The translations under genes and the position numbers were made by a program. From positions 1-64,000 of IMG/VR virus record IMGVR_UViG_3300034062_007329: a DNA stretch of 64,000 nt; one strand, given 5' to 3'. Below the pieces are notes generated by a model. It searched no databases and was not told the origin of the DNA. It saw nothing but the letters and a program-made list of their open reading frames with translations. Positions 53,161-61,943 of this stretch are shown here, in pieces. The first letter of the stretch is position 1. Every line of letters starts with the position of its first letter. Source of the DNA: a virus.

Positions 53161-53258
53161 CCCCGAAAGAGTGTAGCGGTAGCGGGCTCGATCCCCGCAC
53201 GCCAACCCTTGCGGGTATGGTGGAGACGGAACGGTTCCGCGCTACACTCTAAGCGGGG
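53161..53258 (+). ncRNA. Circularly permuted tRNA-like RNA (YrlA/Y-RNA-like), copy B
   Basis: AGAGTGTAGCG/CGCTACACTCT stem, T arm GCGGG-CTCGATC-CCCGC, closed acceptor-like hairpin, GAACGGTT; promoter at 53105. Confidence 0.72.
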
Positions 53259-53462
53259 AGCAAAGAAAAAAGTTGACGGGGCAAGCGAGGCATGATAGAC
53301 TGTCTCTTGTAAGGTTGGCGATGCGGTACTGACGCCAGCGAGGGAACGAAAGAAAAAAGTTGACGCCCGATCGTGGGCATGGTAAGATAGGCGGGTAAGG
53401 TTGAGAGAGGCAATATCGCCTCCCAACAACGCACCAAAGGTGCGGGAAGGTAAGCGTAACAC

Positions 53463-53816
53463 ATGGCTACTAACAAGGTTCTCGACGTTGTGAAGTTCGT
53501 TCGTTCGTACATCGCGGAGAACGATCGCGGTTGCCCGAAGGGTGTGCTCCAGCACGTCGGTGGTTTCAAGGCTAAGGATATTGCCCTCGCCCTCGAAACG
53601 GGTCTGCTTGAGAGCGGTCGCGGTTCGGAGGGTGGTCTTTTCCCGAAGGGCGAGCGTCCCGCTCCGAAGGATCGGGTTGCGGTAACGCTCAAGTCGCGCC
53701 TTGTCGATGCCCTTCGCGTGATTGCGACGGGTGGAACGCTGGATCGTGACTTCGCGGCAACGCTGGTTGCGGAGTATGACGCCGAGATTGAGAAGCGTCG
53801 TGACGCTCAGGCGTAA
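53463..53816 (+). CDS. Small winged-helix-like protein
   Basis: RGCPKGVL..VGGFKAKDIA...GLLESGRGSEGG (Rrf2-like wing). Confidence 0.65.
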   Translation: MATNKVLDVVKFVRSYIAENDRGCPKGVLQHVGGFKAKDIALALETGLLESGRGSEGGLFPKGERPAPKDRVAVTLKSRLVDALRVIATGGTLDRDFAATLVAEYDAEIEKRRDAQA

Positions 53817-53823
53817 GTAAACA

Positions 53824-54050
53824 ATCGGGTTGCCCCTCCGATAAAAGGGGCGCAATGTTTGGGTCCAACCTCTAACGCGAGGAGCGTCGAATCTAATGTC
53901 GGAACCGCTGTAAGAAGCAAAGATCTACATATGAAGGTTCGGGGTGAGCCTATATTAAAACCCCTTGTTTATTCCCGCAGGGAGAAACGATAAATGCGAC
54001 TCTTAGAATAACCGCCGAGCGAGGGGAAGGCGGGAACATAAATACCCCTC
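53824..54050 (+). ncRNA. Putative tandem-pseudoknot RNA
   Basis: Three clear H-type pairing patterns in an ORF-free gap (see findings). Confidence 0.5.
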
Positions 54051-55216
54051 TCATATAATGCCAAGTGCGCGGAATCGCTGGGGAAATCCCAGCCCCCGCG
54101 CCGAAGGCGCGGCTGGCATTCTACCACGCCCGCAACCCCACGTCAAGAGAAAAAGTGAAGGCACCACCCTCCAGGTCGAGTGCCCCTAACCCCCCGAAAA
54201 CACACACGAAAATAAAAGTTGACCGCTGCCCCGACTTGGGGTATACTGTTTTTCAAGCTGGACGGTTCCAGCGGAGGCAAGTCGATGGCAAAGTGTGAAG
54301 GCTGCGAGAAGGATTTCATTGTTTGCGCGCACAATGCTTGCGGTGACGATAAGGGTGGTTTCATTGTTACCCATCGCGATTGCGACGAATGGGGTTGCGG
54401 TCTTTGCATGACCCGTTGCGATGAATCGCCAGACGAAGAGTATTGCATGGAATGCCTTACCAATAGTTCGCATAGCGGTATGGCGGATCACTATACCCGT
54501 CGCATGGAAAATGGTTGGAGCGAGTAGTTCTAAGGGCAGAGCAAAGAAAAAACTTGACGCCCACGGTCGGGCATGATAGGATGGTCTACATGATGCAGGG
54601 TGAAACGATGATGACGGGCGCTGGCAAGGTTTGCGGCGATTGCAACGAGATTCCGCTTTGGGGCGTTTATCGTTCCGCTGCTGGATATTACGTTGGGACG
54701 TATTGCGGTTGCGGTCCCTATTCCCGCGAGAGCGGTTATTTCCAAACTCAGGAGTCGGCAAAGGTTTTGCTGGATTCCGTGCAGCGTTATTTCAACGCGG
54801 TGGAGGCGTAAGTAAATGGTGAAGCAATCGGACAATGCGGCGGTCGAAGCCTTCCTTAAGGCAAAGCGTGCGGTTGACCCTAACTATGGAAAGGTCCGCA
54901 AGGCAAAGGCAAATGGCAAGAGCGTATTCATGCTTGAGCGTCAGATTGAGCAGAATATTATGATGGGTTTTGGTCCCATTCTCAACGTCGATCTTTCAAA
55001 GAAGCAGCGTGCTGCAAAGCGTAGCGTAACCTTTATCACGGAGAAGAAGTAATATGGCAAAGCGAATCGTTGTTCTGGATGATGGAACTTGGGAAACGCT
55101 TGGTGATGCTAAGGTTTACACTATCACCGACGAGGCATATGAGAAACTGCTAAACGGTGACGAACCGAAGCATTTGGAAACGGGCGACGTTCTCGACACG
55201 CAGGAGATTCAGTAAT

Positions 55217-55471
55217 ATGCGAATGATGAAGGCAACCTGGATGAGCAAGCCCGTGAAGGTTTACGGTTGGGCAATCACCGCTCACGGTTGGGAGTATTAT
55301 TTCCTCGACAATAAGAAGGGCGATATCCGCGAGGCATATGTTTGCGGACATGAGAACGAGCAGGGCGATGTTTCAATGAGCGAACTTAGCCCTTATATCC
55401 GATCCATTACTTTCGATGATGCGGATTTGCAGCGGTTGAATCCCGCTCCTGATTGTGTGTGGGTGGACTAA
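55217..55471 (+). CDS. DUF2958-like small protein
   Basis: GWEYY...AYVCGHENEQGDVSMSEL. Confidence 0.55.
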   Translation: MRMMKATWMSKPVKVYGWAITAHGWEYYFLDNKKGDIREAYVCGHENEQGDVSMSELSPYIRSITFDDADLQRLNPAPDCVWVD

Positions 55472-56298
55472 CACCCCCAACCTGTAGGGTCTATCTCCAG
55501 AATAGTAGGGGGGGTCGGAACCTGTTGTTTTTACAGCGGATTCCAGCCCCCGCTCCAAAGGAGCGGCTGGCATTATAGCATGGCAGGGCAGGGCAGTCAA
55601 GAAAAAAAGTGAGGGGGTGGAGCCAGGGCGAGGGGGGTCTAACCTGTTGAGAACACTCACGAAAAAAAGATGTTGACGGCAACCTCGGGTTCCTGTATAC
55701 TCTCTACATGATGAACGCTCACACGGAGGTTGGCAAGATGGACGGCAAGATGGTCACGGTTTGGATTGGCGAGTATCCCTTCATCGTCAACTATGATTTC
55801 GATATGGAGGGTTTCCACATCTATTCTATGATCGACAACAATGGCAAGGAGGTCCGCAAGTATTCCAATGTTTGGAATATCGTTATGGACGATCTCGCGG
55901 GGCAGGAAACGGAGATCTTCTAAGCCAGGAACTAAAAAAAAGGTTGACGCGAGAGCGCGACCGTGGTAAAGTAGTTGAACACGATGCAGCGATGGTCGCT
56001 GCGAAGGGAAGCAGGATGCACAAGGTTGGCGATACGGTTTTCAAGGCGAACGGCAATGGTTACGATAAGGGCGTCGTCGTCCGTATCACGCAGGGCAAGT
56101 GCCTTGTCAACTTCGGTTCGTTCACCTCGACGGTGAATGGCAAGAGCCTCTATACGCAGAAGCAGATCAGGCGCAGGAGCGTGAAGTAAAAAAGAAGTTG
56201 ACACCGACAAGGTGTCGTGGTAAGATGGTCAAGTAAGGTCGAGAGGGCAATATCGCCACTCCGACAACGCTCAGGAGAGCGGGAAGGTAAGAAAACAA

Positions 56299-56622
56299 AT
56301 GGCTAAGGACATTCTTTCGTTCGTGCGTGATTACTGCGATGAGAACGGTCGTGGTTGCCCCAAGGGCGTCCTGATTCACGTTGGCGGTTTCAAGGCGAAG
56401 GACATTGCCGCAATGCTTGACGCTGGCAAGCTGGAAAGCGGTCGTGGCAGCGAGGGTGGTATCTTCGTTGCGGGCAATAAGCCCTCGCCTAAGACCCGCG
56501 AGAGCGTTTCGCTTAAGTCCCGTATGGCAGACTTCCTGCGAACGGTTGACAGCCCCGTTGCGCGTATTCTTGTCGAGGAGTATGACGCGGAGCTTCAGCG
56601 TCGTGCAGACGCGCAGGAGTAA
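56299..56622 (+). CDS. Small winged-helix-like protein, close paralog of 53463
   Basis: RGCPKGVLIHVGGFKAKDIA...GKLESGRGSEGG...EYDAE..RRADAQ. Confidence 0.65.
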   Translation: MAKDILSFVRDYCDENGRGCPKGVLIHVGGFKAKDIAAMLDAGKLESGRGSEGGIFVAGNKPSPKTRESVSLKSRMADFLRTVDSPVARILVEEYDAELQRRADAQE

Positions 56623-58074
56623 TCATAACTCCATTCCACAATGAAGGTTCGGTGGTTCACAGCCGCCGCGCCTTCGGCGCGGCTGGTATTCTACCATGCC
56701 TCGCAGGGCAAGTCAACAAAAAAGATCATGAGTGAATCCAGGGGGTTGCAACCTCTAAGGAACTGGTTTCTTTTTTGTTGCACCCTGCCGCGAGTCGTGG
56801 TACTATGTCTGCATGATGATGACGCTGACGGACATGATGCTGGTTCTTTCAATCCTTCCCTTCTGGACGTTTGCCGCTTGCTATCGTGCAATGCTGCGCT
56901 ATGACAAGGGACTCTAAGGGTAGACTAAAAAAAGATGTTGACGCGGGCATCGCGTCATGGTAAGATGCTCTAACACTTGGGGATGGTCCCCGCGAAAGGT
57001 GGAGAACAGATGGCTAAGGCGAAGATGGTCAAGAAGGAAATGCGAACCTACAAGGTTGTGGATGTTGCAGAGGCTAAGGAACTGGGAGCAAAGATGTTTA
57101 GCGAAAACCCCTATAACCGTTTTGCGCTTGTCGCTGTTCGTGGCAAGGTGCTTGACAATGTGATCGCTTGGGGCTTCAACCGTGATCCCCTCGACAAGAA
57201 GGCAACGGAGCGAAACCGAGATATCGCCATGCTGGGTAAGATGATCGGCAAGGCGAACGAGATTGCGGATAAGGAGGAAAGCGAGGAGGCGTAATATATG
57301 AACGTGATGGCATTCGTTGTCGAGTTGTCGCTCATTCTTCCCTTTGGTTCCCTTGCCCTTGTTCGCTTCATTGAGAGGTTCTAAATGAAAGATCTAATCG
57401 TAATCGTGTTATTGTTCGCGTCCTGCACGGGTTGCGTTGCTCTAAAGGTAGAGGATGCAAAACGTTGTGATCCCGTGTGTGCGCCTTATGCTTTCGAGTA
57501 TACGTCTGCAAAGGGTGAGTGTGTTTGTAATCTCCAGAAGGTGAAGCGATAAATGGTGACAGAGTTTCTTATGGGTTTTCTTGCAGCTATTGCTTGCGGT
57601 GTTGCTGGTGCTGCGCTTGCGTTCTCTTTGCAGCGCGTGGTTGAAAACATCCTTGACCGAATGGGTATCTAAAGAATGATTGCATTCAGCTGGATCGTTG
57701 TGTCCCTTGCGTTCGCTGGTATCCTTTCAAACGAGGTTGCGTAATATGATGCGTGATGATGACTTCATGGTGTTCGTCAAGGCAGGGCTTGCGGTGTTCA
57801 CGTTCGTCCTGTTCTTTATTGTGTGCAGCGCATTCTTTCCTTAGAGTTTGCGGTGGCTGAACTTGTAAAGCGAGAAACGCTTTTGCTTTTGCAAACGCAA
57901 AGGCTTGTGTGACCCCCTCCCCCTCCCCCCTATAGGTTGCGTTTATACGGAAAACAAGTCTGCCGATGAAAGTGTTATGTGCAAAACAAAGCTAAGGTCG
58001 TTTTTAAACTCGGGACCAATTTTCCAGATTTCTTAATCCCACGCCGTTTTTAACACGCCGTAACTATTTAAGAT

Positions 58075-58857
58075 ATGTTAAAAATCCGTATACTAAAAGA
58101 AGCCAAGGAAGCTCCCCTTAACCAAATTCAACAACACAACTTAAACTTCCTAATGAATAATAGCGAGGTGGCAGCAGACCTTGGCGAATTAGACATTTAT
58201 GACGCCGAGGACTTTGTTAAGCTTGTTAAAGCAATCCCTGCTCTTGGCAGTGCAAAATTAGTTAAATATATAACTGGCAGGAGTTTTGGCAAAGTGTTCA
58301 AGTTAGACAACGATCACATTTTTAAAATGTTTTCGAATTCAATTGGACCCGATGAAGATTATGAATGGTACAGAAACGCATCGCTCGTCCTGCATCGCGG
58401 TTGGGCAAAAAACACAACCCTTCCTGTTTATGAAACAGGTGTGAAAAAAATTGTTGGTAAACCTATTTTTTGGGTTGAAATGGCGGAACTTATCCCTCTT
58501 GATAAGTGGCTTGACCAAACTGGTCGTTCTGCTGCCATTCACACGGAAATTTCCGTCCTTATTGATTATGCTAAGGGTGAAACATCAATAAAAATATTAG
58601 ATTTTGGTAAATGGTTATTTAAGGAAATAAAACGCAAGTCACTGCGTTTTCCAGATATTAAAAAACAAATGTATGCCAAGCTTCTTCGTAAAGAAAGCTC
58701 GGCACAGCTAACAGGCGCTGAGATGATGGCTATGATTAGGGCTATCAAGGAAATCTTGGATAGTGGTTTAACACTAAGGGATATTCTTCCACGCAACATT
58801 GGATACGTAAGGCAAAGCCGTCCAGATAAACCAGTGTTTGTTATATTTGATAATTAA
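58075..58857 (+). CDS. Protein-kinase-fold protein
   Basis: GRSFGKVF, IFKMF, WVEMAEL, RDILPRNIG, VIFD. Confidence 0.7.
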   Translation: MLKIRILKEAKEAPLNQIQQHNLNFLMNNSEVAADLGELDIYDAEDFVKLVKAIPALGSAKLVKYITGRSFGKVFKLDNDHIFKMFSNSIGPDEDYEWYRNASLVLHRGWAKNTTLPVYETGVKKIVGKPIFWVEMAELIPLDKWLDQTGRSAAIHTEISVLIDYAKGETSIKILDFGKWLFKEIKRKSLRFPDIKKQMYAKLLRKESSAQLTGAEMMAMIRAIKEILDSGLTLRDILPRNIGYVRQSRPDKPVFVIFDN

Positions 58858-59375
58858 AAATATCCACAAAAAATTTCCGGAAGCAAATTTTCAGATTTTT
58901 TATTCCATGATATAATATATACATGGAAGAACGTCATTATAACAATAAACGTCAGTGGGAATGCAATGTTCCCATAGGCTCAATTGTTGAATTAACAATT
59001 GACAATGGGGACGGAGGAATTGGTGTTGTCCTCCGTAATGACGACAATTTCCGTTATAAAATATATCGAATAACACACGGCGACATCATACTGGTGTACT
59101 CGTTTGAAATGTATGTTACATGGAGTCCATAATTAACTATTTATACTTATGGCTGTTGGTGAACAAAGCAAAGTAAAAATAGGCAGCATAGTTTTTCTTA
59201 CGCTAACCGAACAGGAGAACGGTGGGATCGCAATCGTATTGCGCTATAGCAAAAAGAAAAATATGTACTGGGTTTACCGTATAGGCGATGGTCACCAAAT
59301 GTGGGTTGAACATTGGGAAATGCACGTCCATTGGAGCCCCAAGTAACTATTTATGTTTGTAAAAGGAGAATAATT

Positions 59376-60221
59376 ATGTCAAAAGATATGAAGTTGATCA
59401 TGGAAAACTGGCGCAAGTTTTCAAAATTGGTTGAAGCAGAAGAGTCTGAATTTGTGAAACGTCGCAGGGCGCAGCTTGCAGCAGAAAAACCAGAAGATAA
59501 AGGTGATGATACAAAGGTTTTAAAATTTGGTAAAAAGTCTGAGGAAGAACCACAAGGTTTTCAAGATCCATTAGCCGATTATTTCCCAGCGGGTAGCAAG
59601 TACAATCTACAAGGTTATGTCGATCCAGACCCAGATCCAGACCGTGACCCACTCCCCGGGGAAAGCGAAGAGGATTATATAAAACACTTGGTCACAACTG
59701 GTGAAAAAATGATGCCAGATCCATTTGCATATGTTGGTCCAGAAGATGGCGGTCCAACTGATGAAGAAGCCGAAGAATCCGAAATAGAGGCGGAAAAAGA
59801 AGCTTCTACAAGAGAATCGGAATTAGAAAAAAGTTTGTTCGACATTAAACCATTCCGTGATCCGGAAGATTTTTATGGAAACGCGGTTCCAGCGTTGACA
59901 ACACAAAAAGCGGATATGATTGATGAGTTATCAAAAAATCCAATTCCAACAACAAGCAAGTTATTTGCAAGAGGCTTGAAATCATTCCGTAACGATAAAG
60001 AAAAGGTTACCCGTTGGACTAACGAAATAAAAACAATGTTGGCTGGTAACGAAAATATTTATAAACCAGAAAATAGAGAAGCTCTTTTGAATGTAATTAA
60101 ATACGGAGTAACACAAGATCCAAGAGGCTTTATTCTTAACCGTATCCGTAGAGAAGTACAAGAACGAGGCATCGATGATCCAAGAGTGCTAAAGGCGATA
60201 CCTCCAAAGCAAATAAAATAA
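59376..60221 (+). CDS. Acidic hypothetical protein with MKLIMENWRKF leader
   Basis: ACTATTTA and AGGAG upstream. Confidence 0.7.
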   Translation: MSKDMKLIMENWRKFSKLVEAEESEFVKRRRAQLAAEKPEDKGDDTKVLKFGKKSEEEPQGFQDPLADYFPAGSKYNLQGYVDPDPDPDRDPLPGESEEDYIKHLVTTGEKMMPDPFAYVGPEDGGPTDEEAEESEIEAEKEASTRESELEKSLFDIKPFRDPEDFYGNAVPALTTQKADMIDELSKNPIPTTSKLFARGLKSFRNDKEKVTRWTNEIKTMLAGNENIYKPENREALLNVIKYGVTQDPRGFILNRIRREVQERGIDDPRVLKAIPPKQIK

Positions 60222-60249
60222 CCTAACTAATAAAAGTTAAATTATACCT

Positions 60250-60282
60250 TGTCGGGGCTTCGCCCCGACATTTTATTTTTTT
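60250..60282. terminator. Terminator hairpin between convergent genes
   Basis: TGTCGGGGC-TTC-GCCCCGACA followed by T-rich run. Confidence 0.7.
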
Positions 60283-60896
60283 GCTGTGCATTCTGGTACT
60301 CTTGCAGTGACCATTTTTCTAATTTGGTCTATCTTTTGAAATTTATGATTGATTTTTAAGATAGACCAATAAGCACGCTTTTCTATAACTATCTTGTGAT
60401 GTTTTTTTATTTGATTTGCAAGAATCCCTATGCCACATTCTAAATTATTTTTAGGGTTGAGAATTGTTGTTACAGTTGGATTGTTTTTGTTATCTTCTTC
60501 CCAATTAAAGTTGCACCATTTTGCCCATTTTGTGTCGCCATAGCTTAACTGTAACAAGCCTTCGGAAGTCACAATCTTACCAGTTACTGAGTCCTTGCCG
60601 AGTGATATTTCTGTTAATTGTGAATATGGATTCCATCCGCTTTCATAAAAAGCCATCGATGATACGAACTCAGACCAAAACAATTTTTTTGTTTCGTCCT
60701 TTAAGAAAGTGTATTCTGGACAAAATAATTCCGTGTCTTCCGCTAAGTTTAGTTTTTGAAAGTGCTTTTCAATTGCAGCTACTGTGATTTTTGTCCACAT
60801 GGCGTTAGTTGGATGTTTTGTTTCCCAGCTTAGATTTATTTCGGCATAAGCATATTTTGTGATTAACATAGCAATTAAAATTATTGTATACTTCAT
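60273..60896 (-). CDS. Secreted lytic transglycosylase (SLT-like)
   Basis: Signal peptide MKYTIILIAMLITKYAYA; YESGWNP (catalytic E), SEGLLQLS, NPKNNLECG. Confidence 0.8.
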   Translation of the reverse strand: MKYTIILIAMLITKYAYAEINLSWETKHPTNAMWTKITVAAIEKHFQKLNLAEDTELFCPEYTFLKDETKKLFWSEFVSSMAFYESGWNPYSQLTEISLGKDSVTGKIVTSEGLLQLSYGDTKWAKWCNFNWEEDNKNNPTVTTILNPKNNLECGIGILANQIKKHHKIVIEKRAYWSILKINHKFQKIDQIRKMVTARVPECTAKK

Positions 60897-61085
60897 TGTG
60901 TTTCTCCCTTGTTCCAATGTAGCTGATCTATATTTTCTTGTTCAGGACAAAGTAGAGCTGGACATCCGCCTCCTATCGTGGTAAGATCTTCTTTTATAGG
61001 AGAATTAACATGAAAATGGCTGTGATTTTCGCTGCCCTGTTCTTTTTTGTCGCTTGGGCTTTTGGTCACTTTATAAGGTAAAATA

Positions 61086-61889
61086 ATGGAAGAAGAAACT
61101 TATAAAGTTGGTGATTTTGTATGTAGAACTACAGTATATACAGAGTATTTCTTAAAAGACAAGAAGATAAAGAAAGAAGTATTTAATAGAATGGTTGGAA
61201 CAGTTGTAGAAAAAAATAGTTTTGTTTTAACAGTTAAATTATTAAATGACAGAATTGTTTTTGGATCCAATGGCACTTTTATGCTGTTAAACAAAAAAAT
61301 GGCAGAAAGATTAGAATTTGATGAGTAATAATAATATATTAAAAATTGTTTTTTCTGCATTTATATTAATTTTAAATGGAGTAGTCGCAGCGTACAATAC
61401 TAAATGGATACGAAATGGTATCTCTCCACTATGGACTGGTTATATTTTTTCTTTTATTAGTGCCACAATGTATATCTACATGACAAAAGAAAAATTATTT
61501 TCCATGACGTATACTTCCGCATTTCAAACTTTTATGTTTCATAGTGCTTGGTATATTACTACACTGCTTGTTATTGGTGAAAGTCTGGCAGCCCACCGCT
61601 TGCTGGGATTGTTTTTTGTTTTTGGCGGCATGATACTTATGAGTATCAAATAGGAGAATATAAAATGAATATTGATAATAATCAACCAAGAATTCGACCA
61701 CAAGATTTAAAAAACGCAAAAGATGTAGTATGTGAAAGTTGCGGACATAATGTTTTTGTACCAGGCTTTTATATTAAAGTTTTATCTGCATTGGTCTCAC
61801 CGAATGGTAGAGAAATGCATTTCCCAATTCAGACCTTTGCATGTGCAAAATGCAATATAGTAAACAAAGATTTTGAGCCTAATTTTTAA
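61086..61889 (+). CDS. KVGD-type protein (61086), multi-TM protein (61318), zinc-ribbon protein (61665)
   Basis: YKVGDFV; several hydrophobic helices; CESC...CAKC. Confidence 0.6.
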
Positions 61890-61943
61890 CAGTTGACTCG
61901 GGCTGGACTATGTAGTAGTATGGAGCCTATAGAAAGGAATTAC

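Larger units (their letters stand above)
26643..56966 (+). promoter_or_regulatory. Dispersed family of more than 30 early sigma70-type promoters
   Basis: TTGAC(A/G/T/C)-17-TA(G/A/T)(A/G)(C/A/G)T, mostly with GC-rich spacer, TG(G/A) before -10 and upstream A-tracts; e.g. 26643, 29503, 29646, 30330, 34902, 45925, 47074, 49842, 51316, 53273, 54219, 55673. Confidence 0.85.
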
